In this document: positions 52,657-64,000 of the stretch, in pieces
Position numbering within the stretch: the stretch's first letter is position 1
Layout: every line of letters begins with the position of its first letter
Source of the DNA: Vermamoeba vermiformis
Taxonomy: Eukaryota
Reading direction: 5' to 3'
Assembly (NCBI GenBank): GCA_045837725.1
Contig: JBEWZL010000235.1
Span: forward strand, 62,001 to 126,000
DNA length: 64,000 nt
Notes under the pieces: generated by a model
Database searches by the model: none
What the model saw: the letters and a program-made list of their open reading frames with translations, nothing else
Told to the model about the DNA's origin: nothing
Position numbers and translations under genes: made by a program

Positions 52657-55488
52657 CTATTTCTTGACACTTTTGAGCTTCTTTAACTGGGCCATAGCTT
52701 GACTGGCAATGGAATCATTGGCTGAGGGCGTTCCTAATGACATTATTCATGTTAGTGCCTGTCATTCAAAGGCCTTAAAAGTCTTACTTGGTGAAGCACT
52801 ACCCGATGGACCACTGCCACTGGGAGCCGCGCCACCGCCGCCACTGTTCGATACAACAGGCTTGCTCTTATCAACAGTCTGTGCCTTCTTCAACTTGTTC
52901 TTGTTGAAGCCTGAAATGCCTGCTAACAGCCCTGATCGATCACCGCCACCAGAGGGCATGGGTGCACTCTGAGAGCACTATTAGAGTCGCATATTGGCAG
53001 AGAGTTGAGTTACTTTGACATACCTCCGAGACTGACACGCTTGGTGGTGGGGGAGGAGCAGGGGCGGACGGTGGTGGGGGAGGTGGAGGAGCACCGATTG
53101 AGGGGTTAGGTGAGGCTGAAAATTACGTTAGCTTAGGGTGCCAATAGAAGTGTGACAAGTATCATACGAGGAGGAGGAGCGGAGACAGTGACAGTGGGTG
53201 AAATGACTTGGCTGACTGGACGTGGTGAGGGTGGACTCGCTGCAACTTGTTGTGCGGCTTTAGCGGCTCTGTCCTCGGCCTAGGACACAATTTTGTTAGT
53301 ACACTCTCTGCATTGTACTCCTCATTGAATACTTACAGCCCTCGCTCTGTCTTCAGCATTACGAGCTCGATCTTCGGCCTACACAACAAGAAAATTAGTA
53401 TGTAACTGGTGCTAGTAATTAAGTACGTACAGTGCGAGTGTTGTTCTCGGCTTGGCGCAATGAGTTCTCCAAGGTCTGCACTCGACTCTCCAAGTTTGAA
53501 ATGTTTTCCTTGAGCTTGCGTTCGTTGTCTTCATAGGCCTTGACATTGACTTGAGGTTGCACGGGCTGAACTGGAGCTGGTGTCGCTGCTGCTTTTTTCA
53601 ACTTTTCTTCGGCATCGCGAGCTCTATTTTCAGCCTAGCAAACCCAAATAATTAAAGTTTGCGGGACTAATTGGCACACTTACATTTCGCAACTTCTCTT
53701 CCAGTTGAGTTAATTGTTGCTCGTATTGTTTGAGACTCTCGGTAGCTTGCGTTGTGCTTTGTTTTTGCAGCTGTTGCACTTGTTCGAGAGTTTTTTGTGT
53801 TTGTGCAAGTTTATCTTCCGCTTGTCTGATCGGGCAGAAAATGTTAGCGCAAATATTTGACACGTGCCGCAAGAATGAATACCTCGCTCTGCTCTCAGCT
53901 TGCACGACTTGGTTCTGCAATTGTTGCTGTTGTTGTGACACGGTGCCAGTGCTTTGTTGGACACGCAGCTCAGCAGCGCGGAGATTGTCTTCGAGCTCAC
54001 GGATCTTGGTCTCGCGTTGTGACACGACGGTCTCGTTGGTTTTGAGCTGTTGTTGCAGTGTTTGAACTTGACTTAATTGCTGTTGCAGCTTTGCTTCAGT
54101 GTCGCGCAACTTCACTTCCAAATCACGTGCTCGTTGTTCGAACTGCGTCGACTGCGAGTTCTGCTGCTGCGATGATTGGCTTAGTTTGGTCTCGGACTCA
54201 CGTGCCTTGGCTAAATTAGCCAGTTAGAATAATAGTCAATCAACAAAAATCTATTGTACGTACTTTCAGCGGCACGCAATTGATTCTCCAATTCACGGGC
54301 ACGAGTCTCAAGGCTGCGAGATTGATTTTGAGCTTGTTGTAGCTGAGTTTCAAGCTGTTTGATTTGAGCAGCATTGTTGTTGTTAGCAGTGCTGGTTTGA
54401 GGTTGTGCAGTGCTCAAGCTCGCCAATTTGTTCTCAGCCAATCGCCACTTTTCCTCGTATTGTTTAGCCAGTGCCTCCGCTTCAATGGACCTCTTCTCGA
54501 GGGCACTCAATTGTGCAGTCGTGTTCAAATTCTGCGAGAACTTGCCTTGAAATTCACGCAACTTCTCTTCAGCTGTCCGAGCACGTGCTTCATGTTCTTT
54601 GGCCGTGGTTTCTAATTGACGCAACACGTTCAGTTGTTTGGACTCAATCTCGCGCAATCTACCCTCAGTCACACGTTGCTTATCCTCGGCCTCTCTATCA
54701 ATGAATCGGTGTTAGTACTGCCCCGTTACGTATTCACGTGTCAAAGTGTCACTTTTTTTGACACGTACCTCGCTTTCTGTTCAGCAACTCGGACCTTGTC
54801 TTCCATTTGTTTGATTTGTGCTGAGTGCACGTTATTGCTGTTTGAAGCAGGGGTTGAGCTATTAACGCTCGTTGTTCTATTTAAGCCAGGGCTCGTAACA
54901 CTATTCGTTCTAACGAAACCTGTGGCTGGTTTAGCGGATGGAGCGGGTGTTGTATTTTGCTGAGCGAATCCGTACTGCTTTTCAGCTGCTTTAATCTTTG
55001 CTGCAGTTTCATCCAAATCCGCTTGAATTTTTTCAAATTGAAGATCCAGATCATTTTTCACCTATCAAAGAGTATTAAAAAGAGGTCGAAGTTTTGACTG
55101 CTATTTTGGAATTTATTGTATAATCATGAACTAGATACGTGACGTGTATTCATGATCAATCATATAAAGTTACTCACTGGTGGAGCGCCTGCAGTCCTGT
55201 CTGCGCAAGAGAAATTTCAGTAAGGATATTTGATCTGAAAATCTTTTTCGAGTATCTACCAAATAAAATTTTCTACATGCCTCAAAATTGGTCATGTTAT
55301 TGGATATTCGAATTTCTATGATCAGCTTTTTTATAATTAATTTTTGATTTTAATTGACATTTTTTTGGCAGATCCTCGACTATTTCGCGGTAGTAAGACT
55401 TACTGGCTTTGCCCTCCTGCACCAGCTTATCGATGTCGATTCCCAATCCCTGTTTATGGATCGATCGTAAAAATTCTGCCTCATCCAT
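52657..55488 (-). CDS. Long coiled-coil, proline-rich, WH2-domain actin-regulatory protein
   Basis: DRSGLLAGISGFNKNKLKKAQTVDKSKP (WH2); poly-Pro exon at 53040-53110; Q/E/K coiled-coil exons; 5' end uncertain. Confidence 0.75.
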
Positions 55489-55915
55489 CTCGTCTGGTGT
55501 GTTGTCAAAAAAGATAAAAGGATTGTTTCAGCTCTTTGCTGCTCAAAGACACCAACCCGCATCATTCTGGTTCTCATTAATCTAAGAGTGTAAAGGAGGT
55601 GCTGTATAAACTGATGGCGTTTCGCACTGGCAGTTTTACCTGCGAACTACGGAGATCGCAAAAAAGAACCAAAATAAATGGCCGTTAGAGAGTGTTATTA
55701 TTACCTGCAGATCAGTCAATACTGTTCCCACTTCTCGAGTGGCGCTCCGAAGTGCTACGTCAGTGACCTCAATGTTATGTTTATTCGCCGGCGAATTTAT
55801 TTCATTTTTCTTTCATCGCATCAAAGAGTAACACGCAGAAGTGAATATTATTACTGTTGGTAGGGTAAGTCTTACTCTTCCGTGGATCCACAGTCTAACG
55901 GCTAACGGTCAGATC

Positions 55916-57195
55916 ATGAAGCCGAGGTCCACCTCCCCGACACCCTCGAGAAGTGTAGTTGTTACATTTAAAAATAATACCGACAACGAGTTAATTAGAG
56001 AAGTTAAAAAATGCATGCAAGGCTCGTGGAAGAACGATCCGCCACCAAAGATTGCACCCAAATCCGAGTTTCTCTTTCGTAGTGAAGCAAAAGCCGGAAT
56101 ATCTGGCACAGAAGCTAAAGTAACACACTATTAAAGGAACAAAGAATACAATCACGCTAGAATGGGCCAATCCGTTCGTCGGCAATCCCAAGTTTGTTTA
56201 TACAGCTCCGAGTACATTATCAATCGATTTACAAAAACGAGAAGGCAATAATTTTACTGTGGATTTTACTATTAACCCAGCTGGACAGTCATCAGTTAAA
56301 GGTATATTTAATTTTTATAATTTAATTCACTTCTCGTCAGAAATTGCCGGTAATATTTTAAAATCCTATTTTAATCATTGCATCACAATAGTTTCTGTAA
56401 TAGTAGGAGTTTTTTTGCTCATTTAAAATTGTGAATGGAAATTGCAATTTTATCTCGCATTAAATTTTATTAATTTCCGATTTATAATCATTGGACTGAA
56501 TACTAACAGTACTCACTATTATTACTTGCACTCAATAACACAAGAAACACTTAATTTTGTGGGATCTAAATATAGCCACTGACATGCTTTAAATTTAGAA
56601 CCGACAACTCAGGCAGACTTAGAAGCAGCAATTCAACACTGTAACTCGCAACTACAATCAGTATCGAAAATCAAAGAAGGTCTTGTCATCATGATGCGCA
56701 GCTATGAGAAAGCAAACGATGAAAAGAGTGCCAAGATCCTCGCACCTCAGATCGCAGAGAAAGATCTGGTACGATGCAACCGACCTTTATTTTGCAAAAT
56801 CCGATGCTTACATTCGTTTATAGGAAATAAATACATTAACTGAAAAGAAAACACGATGGGAGAAGAAATTGAAAGAAGTTACAGATCGGATTCAATTCCG
56901 CCGAACAATCAAGCCTGACACTTTGCCCAGCTTAAGAAACTCACTAATAGGCTCACTAATGGCTCGAGCGGACTTTGACTACGCGAAAGAAGAGGAAGGT
57001 GAGCTCTCAATCAAGCGTGGCGATATCATTGTGTTGCTGGACAATCGGGATGAGCAATGGTGGTACGGCGAATCTAACGGCCAAGTCGGATATTTTCCAG
57101 CTAGCTACGTCACCATATTGAATACTGTTCAAGCTACACAAGACGATGAAGTTGCTCGAAGAAACAGTCTTATAGTATCAAAAGAATCAAAGTGA
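55916..57195 (+). CDS. Aegerolysin/Cry34-like domain + coiled-coil (HR1-like) + SH3 protein, frameshift near 56130
   Basis: VVVTFKNNT..GSWKNDPPPKIAP..GTEAKV and (shifted frame) ITLEWANPFVGNPKF; SH3 ARADFDYAKEEEGELSIKRGDII..WWYGE..GYFPASYV. Confidence 0.6.
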
Positions 57196-57511
57196 GCCTT
57201 CATTCTCGGGTTCTCTTGTAGTTCAAGTTGTAAATTATATGCGTTAGAGTATTATATCATTTATCTCCATATTTTGCGGCAAATAAACTCCTTGTAACAT
57301 TAAGTAATATTTAACTTGGCACTTGGTCCTACCGTAGCTGCAAACGACTGGCCTACTAGGCAAATAGTACTATAATACTCGTAGCATACATACGACAAAG
57401 GCGAACTTACGGCCTCGGTCACTGGCGGGAGCACAAAATGTTTTTGTATGTGCATCCATTTATTCGAGCAAGGCCAAACGCTGTACAATAGAATCATAGT
57501 AATCAAATAAC

Positions 57512-59046
57512 ATGGCCGATAAAAATACACAACCATCAAAGCCTAAACTACCGCTAACAGGTGGACTGCCGTCCGCCGTCGGTAAAGCAAATCTGAATCT
57601 AGGCAAAGGTGCACCGCCTGCCAACCCAGCACAAAGATTACAAGGATTTCGTAAAGTGCCCGATTTTGCATTAGGAGGTCAAGCCAAAGTGGCCAAGGTA
57701 CGATCCGTAAACGAATAATTTTGAGAAAAATCCTATAATTATGTATTTAATTAGAAACGTGTTATAATCAACTCCAATATTATATTTATACTATTTTAAA
57801 ATATCTCCCGTTTTTTATTAATTTATTGTAAACTGTCGGATGCGTTGCACGTTTGTAACTCTTATTTTACCTCCAGCAACCAGTTTTTGTGCCCAACTTG
57901 CCCTCTTTATCTGCAAACAAACGCCCAGTGTAAGTATCTGATCATTATTCGACTCAAAATCACTCGCTAACTAAGAATTAGATCCAATGCCCCGCCACCC
58001 ACAGAGAAGCAATTGAACCCTTATTCGTCACAAGTATCACACTTAGTCAAACCTGCCAAGCCAAAAACACCTTTACCACGAAAACGTATGTAGAACCTTA
58101 TCGTAACGAGCCTCGTATATTAATTTCTTCGTGTGCAAATGAAGCGTTTACTCCCAAGCCGAATTTGCCCGGTGATCGCCCAGCACAACAAACCAGTGCA
58201 GCTATGGAAATTGACCACGACATGGGTGTGACACATCAGCCAGTTGACCAAGATATTAAAAAGAAGAAGAAGAAATACACCAACGAAGACATTGCACCCA
58301 CAGCCCAACAAATGGGCATTGATCCCATGGACCCGACACAGCCCCTCACACTGCCCTTCATTGACCCGCAGAAGTGGACTAATGTCTTGAAAGAAGAGCC
58401 AGCACGAGGACCAGCAATGCACATTGACAAATCAGAACTCGACCCAGAACTTGCAGCACTTATTAACAACAACTCACAGCCCAAAGCTGAACAAGCACAT
58501 CAACAGGACATGAAGAGGCGGTTAGAAGACGCGTCGTTGTTCGAGTTGGAGTCAGGTGCAGGAGCCGATCAGTTGTTCTTCATTCAACTGCCCTCACACT
58601 TGCCACGCTCACAACCTCCCGCCTCATCGACTGCAAATAATAACAACAATGCAACGAATGGCAACGTGACTACCGGCACAGAGGCCAGTGAGACACCAAG
58701 CGAAGTGTCATTATTGCCCCGTGACGAGTCGTTCATGGACGAATTCGCCATTGATTTCACACCAACACTGCCCAGCACTCCGCAAGGCCGACTAGGATCC
58801 CTCGTTGTTTACAAATCAGGACGCGTTAAGCTGCGCATTGGTGACGTGTTGTACGATGTCACACCGGGTATGCCACTCAACTTCTTGCAAGAAGTCGCAG
58901 TCGTAGAGCCAGACGAACAGAAGTTTTACTCCCTCGGCGAGATCAATCAACGTATGGTAGTCTCAGCGAACATTGACTCGCTGTTGAGTGCACAAGAACA
59001 GAAACGATCGCAGAAGAATATTAGGACCAGCTCTGCTAGTCAATAG
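57512..59046 (+). CDS. POLR3D: RNA polymerase III subunit RPC4 (RPC53/POLR3D)
   Basis: LFFIQLP...GRLGSLVVYKSGRVKLRIGDVLYDVTPG..FLQEV C-terminal RPC4 domain. Confidence 0.85.
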
Positions 59047-59252
59047 AATACTCCTCTCTTGTATTAAAAAATTTTTTAAAACAATCGTGTTCTCTTCATA
59101 TTTACGATTGCTCTATCAGTAGCACAGTAACGTATGTTGGATTTTGATTTTATTGCCTTGACTTGAACCAAGTAAATATCGTAACTAAATACATGCTTAT
59201 AAATTGTCCTTTGGCCACAGAATAGTACAAAAATTTGCCATAGAATATTATT

Positions 59253-60340
59253 TTAAACAGCAGGAGCACCTTCCAAAGTATCCTCACGATCGAGCCTAAA
59301 AAAATTATTGTATTAATATTTGCATCTTATTTCGATATTAAAACATGCTTAAAATACTAAATAATAATATTGTGCATTATCCTCTATTAAACTTACTTCA
59401 AGGTGTACAGTTCTTCGTCGATCTTTCGCATCATGGCGGGGTTGGACATAACAGCATTGCTAACGTATTCAGTCTTAAGTCTATCACGCTCGCTCTAAAA
59501 TTAATCGAAAAAATTATTAGAGGGTGCCAGTTAAAATACAAAACCAGGCAAATCTAGATTGCAGCATAATTCAACAGAAAAAATTCAAGGTATAATAATT
59601 ACAATTGGACTTTGCATTATCGTCATAGCCTACAGTTAATATTAAATTAAATTTTTAACTGCTACTTACGGTCAATTTAGCAAGATCGGCTTCAGCTTCA
59701 GCAAGAACACCGCGCATAGTGTCTTCAATGCGGTTAGCTTCCTCGAACTAATATAATCACATTAATATATATTGCATCTCAGATTATACACTTGGCACAG
59801 ACACGCGCGAAATAAACTCACGACAAGCGCATTCGAAATAATATTTTGAGCTACTTACGAACTTCTCCATTTTGTTCTCCAAAGAGTTGAACATAGGGGT
59901 AGCATCAACCTTGAGGGTAGTATCAGCAGAGGCAACAAGACCCTTGTAAACACCTTCCAAAGTGTTGACAAACTCGAGGGTAGAAGGATCGTTAATTCGT
60001 TCTCTGACAAGATCAAAAGCAGGTTCAGCTTCTGACTCGCTAACTTCAAATTCTGGCTTCATTTTTTGCAATTCGTTAACACGAGCGTTCAATCTAGAAA
60101 CGCTTTCAATGAATGCCTTGCTACCAGAGTTGGCTATAATTAAATAATCCATTAATAATCATCCTATAAATTGTAATAATTGTTGGTGATATTATTTGAA
60201 TTATTTGTGGGGCTGTAATAATTATTTTAACACCAATATTTTTTCCATATCCGATTCGTACCCTGAAGGCTTTGGAAAGTGGCAGCCTTTTCAGGAGAGA
60301 TAGTCTTCAAAAATTCTCTAAAGGTCAAACGAGCAGCCAT
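59253..60340 (-). CDS. Small helical protein, possibly mitochondrial ATP synthase subunit d
   Basis: Multi-exon, about 190 aa, all-helical, codon usage typical of highly expressed genes; overall layout resembles subunit d. Confidence 0.45.
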
Positions 60341-60521
60341 GTTGTATTTAGTGCTGGTAACAAAAATAATGAGCCACAATAAATATCATTTTTGGTCGTC
60401 AAATTTTTGGTCCGATCTAATTTTTGACGGGCAAAACGACACAGTCAAAGTCCGGGCTTTCTGCAACAAGCATGGTGTAGTTCGGTTGAATTGTACATGG
60501 TGATTCGTTTATTTACAAGTT

Positions 60522-63017
60522 TTACGACAGGTTGTTAAACCTAGCCAACATCCGCTTCCGCGTGGCTTGCTGGTACGTGTCAGTCGGCAAGATAGTGAGG
60601 TCCTCGCTAACAGGGATTTCAGTTTCGCTACCTAAACCGGTCCTTTCTGTGTGCATTGTCACTTGCACAGGGTTCTCCATGCCGCTCTCTTTGGCACCGA
60701 GTCCACCGCCCTTCCAGCCCATCTTGCGCATCATACGAGCAGCAGGGCTGTCGTCATCGAGCGCGGGTGTTGCGGGTGTGGCCGAGACAGGCGCACCTCC
60801 GAAGCCTAGCCCGGCTGTTGGCGGCCCTGAGGTGAGAGGATTGAGCTCGGTCTTCTGTTTCTTGTTCTTCTTGCTGTTGTTCCAGTTCTTCTTCCGTTTC
60901 TTCGCATTCTTCATGTTCTGCAGCTGTTGCTTGTACAGTTTGCGTGCCAGTCTATCTTGTTGCTTCTGTCGGCGTTGCTCCTCTCTGGCTTCAAGATTTT
61001 TCTGCGAAGGGTTAGATCGGTTTATCGTAACGAGGGGAAACCTACCTTGTGCAGATCCGATTGTGTAAGATGCTTCTGGAGTTTGGCCTCAGTCTGTAGC
61101 TCGCGCTGGCAGAGCATGCATATGGTTCCTACGGTTATGGGACCCTCCTCTTCTTCAGGTTCGTCTGAAACGTCGTCTAGATCTTGCTCACCAGCAGGAT
61201 CGCTGTTACTGTTCTGATCGCTGTTGCTCTTCTCTTCATTCTGGGCCTCCTCCTCTTCGAACGCTGCACGAAGTTCTTGCTTTCTTTGGTTCCATTTATC
61301 AATGTCGTTCGGATTTGACTTCGAAAAAGAGATCGACACCAAAGCGGGTTTAGCAGCACTAGGAGTACTTGCAGGCTTCTCTTCAGGAGGTTTTTCGATA
61401 ACAGGTGGTGCAGAGATGACTGGCTGCGAACTGATAACTTTCACAGGCTGAGCGCTGACGACTGTTTTGGCTACTGATGCAGCTTTGGGTGCGGGATTAG
61501 CGACCACTTGTTGCTCTTTGTGAGGTGCGAATGTGTTTGAAGTGGTGTCGTAAGTGTAGTACTCGATCTTGTCGTTCTCCAAACGCCTGAAGTAAAGGCC
61601 TGACATGGCTTCATAACAATAGCCAGACTGTGCATCAATGTAACAGCCCTTAGAATCGTCCCAAACAAAGTTCATGCCTGGAGGCCATTGTTGCGGTTGT
61701 GACGTGCTCTTAGTATCGCTACTGCCCACTTGCTCGAGGAAGGACGAGAATTCATCGTCCAGATCCGCTCCAGTGTTTGATTGAGAGGGTTGAGCAGCAG
61801 GTGCAGGTGTGGCCTCCGTTGCGGGTTGCTGAGCTGTGTATTGCTGGTAGTAGGCCGCGTATTGTGCGGGATCCATGCCATATGCAGCAGCATACTGAGC
61901 AGGGTCATAGCCAGCAGCGTAAGCGGCGTTCGGATCTTGCCAATAATTATTTTGAGCTTGGTTAGGGTCCCAGAACTGCTGGCCATTGATTTGAGGTAAC
62001 GCGGTTGCATCAGCGGGCTTGTCGAGCTTGCATTGGTAGCATTGAATACGACGGGAGAAGTTATGACCACCGCATTTTGGACAGATCCAGTCAGTACGAG
62101 GCGGATGGGGTGTAGATTCCGGACGAGGATTGCTGAAGGCAAACTCGAGGTCACCACGAATAGTGCGACCCTGTGAAATCACGTCAATGCGACCGTTAAG
62201 CGTATTCAAAACTTGTTGTGCTAGCTCAACGCTTTGGAACGTAATGAAAGCAAAGCCGCGAGATTCACCCGTTGTCTTGTTTTTGATAACCCGAACAGAC
62301 TCTACAGGGCAATAAACCTTAAATGTATCGGCTATCTAAAATAAAAACGAATTAATTACTTGCAGACCAGCAAATTCTTCCAAGCCAAAGCAAATAAATA
62401 AATTATTTCATTAGCAACATTTCAATTTTAAAAATTCGTGCTAACGATTAAAATATACTCCACGATATGTATTATTGAATGCTTGTACTTACAATGTCCT
62501 CAGTAACATAAGCATCCAAACCACGCAAGATCAAAACTTTTGAAGGTTCTGCAGCTTTGTAGTCACGGTCATCATGGCGCTGATCATCGTCTCTATCATA
62601 GTAGGAACGATTATCCCTTCTATCATGTCTAGAATGGTTGTCGTATTCTCTGTGGCGAGTGTCGTCTCGAGCACGAGATCTGTCTTGATCTCGGTCTCTA
62701 GAGTTCCAATCGCGCTCACGACTACGCCTTCGTTCATTATTTCTCTGGAGGGGATGAAAATATGAATATAGAACGATTGGGGACCGCTATTTCTGAAAAA
62801 TTCAGGAGGGTTCCGTTAGATGGACCCTTGCTGCCTCCTCTGAATTTTTGTATTTTCACCAAATATAGGGAGTTACTTGACGTACTGTATAGTCCTCGTT
62901 TCTATGTCGTTGTGAATTATGTGACGAGGAGTATCTGTCTCTTGAACGAGATCTTGACCGCGAGCGGGATCGTCGTCTACGGTCATAGTCTCGGCTATGC
63001 CTATCGTTGGTACTCAT
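60522..63017 (-). CDS. RBM5/RBM10-like splicing factor (RS region, RRM, RanBP2 ZnF, OCRE, C2H2, G-patch)
   Basis: SRGFAFITF RNP1; DWICPKCGGHNFSRRIQCYQC; OCRE-like YIDAQSGYCYE; CMLCQR..HLTQSDLH; ARMMRKMGWKGGGLG. Confidence 0.88.
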
Positions 63018-63188
63018 TATTGAAAGTGTTGTGGTGTGGTGCAACCATTGGAGCGTGCTAACAGCACAGAAACAAACCACACACAAGTCACAGTGACTGA
63101 AATTTTGCCGACCAATCATTTGCAAGCTAAAATTAACTCTCTCGGTTTTGGCGAACGGAATTGATTCAATTATTATTTCAACCCAAAA

Positions 63189-64000
63189 ATGTCAGACAAG
63201 CCGGCCTCTACTGCACTTCAATTCGAGAAGCACGTAAAGTACTTGCTTTACAATTACAAAATACTGCCTGAACCGTACGCCAGTCAAGACAGTTCAAGGC
63301 TAACACTCGTGTACTTTATCGTATCAACATTTGAAATCCTCGATAAACTCGATCTCATCGGAAATAAGCAAGAAGTAATCGATTGGATTTATGGCTTGCA
63401 AGTCCTTCCTGACAAGGATGAACCAGGTAACGGCCAAAAAAATCTTTAATAATTTTAATCTCAATTATTCTTGTCGTATTAATTTATTAAAATCGATTGG
63501 AAAGTTGAATTTCTAACTTGAATATTTTAATCATAGAGAAAAACTATCAAAATTGCGGATTCAGAGGAAGTCCGTTCTTAGGCTTGCCATTTGACTGTTC
63601 AGGCGTAAGTTCGATAATAAAATTCGTGTTTAATATATACTAACGATCAGGTGCTATCAGAAACCGTGCAGTTGTCATATTCACGATCAAGGCCATCTCG
63701 CCATGACTTACGTCGCTTTATTGCTGTTATTGATTTTGGGTGACGACCTCAGTAGAGTTAACAAGAAGGGAATTATCGAAAGCATGAAGCGACTGCAACA
63801 GCCTGATGGAAGGTACTTAAAGCCATATCCTAAATCAACCAACCTGCTCTGCCGCTAATATTACAGTACTAACTTTATTTTAGCTTCGCAGCAGCACCTG
63901 GTGGCAATGAAAGTGATGCGCGCTTCTTGTACTGCGCATGCGTTATTGCACACGTTCTCAATGACTGGAGCGGCATTGACAGAGAGAAGGCCGTGCAGTA
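63189..64000 (+). CDS. PGGT1B: Geranylgeranyltransferase type I beta subunit (truncated by the window end)
   Basis: KHVKY..LPEPY..DSSRLTLVYF, IDWIYGLQ, CGFRGS, GHLAMTY, LGDDLSRV, QQPDGSF, ESDARFLYCAC. Confidence 0.9.

Noticed and set aside
60532-62765. Long plus-strand ORFs antisense to the RBM5-like gene (and similar antisense ORFs elsewhere)
   Set aside because: Shadow frames of real coding exons on the opposite strand

Overview
Gene-dense eukaryotic DNA with many short GT-AG introns and CTAAC-type branch points, probably from a free-living amoeba or similar protist (inference). The right half (35-64 kb) is mostly housekeeping genes: PGM2, a PLP aminotransferase, TRM61-like, tRNA-Gly(GCC), a dual-specificity phosphatase, homoisocitrate dehydrogenase, a WH2 protein, RPC4, RBM5/10-like and GGTase-I beta. 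The left half is a transposon hotspot whose boundaries can be read directly from the sequence. (1) A 16.7-kb CACTA/EnSpm-type element (15374-32112, CACTAGAA termini, AAA target duplication) sits inside an exon of a SMARCAL1-like helicase. It carries an apparent chromatin-modifying cargo: a Ulp1 SUMO protease, an AlkB-like 2OG-Fe(II) dioxygenase with an SRA-like domain, and a ParB-like/degenerate JmjC-like/Zn-finger protein. (2) A 6.1-kb Mutator-like element is nested inside the CACTA transposase; its accessory gene contains nine tandem 102-nt-exon+intron units. (3) A 1.37-kb LTR element with identical 112-bp LTRs lies in the adjacent helicase intron. (4) A Ginger2/TDD-type integrase DNA transposon lies in exon 1 of a SPRY/F-box gene. 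Element boundaries are seen in the sequence; domain calls come from motif recognition by eye and need profile searches.
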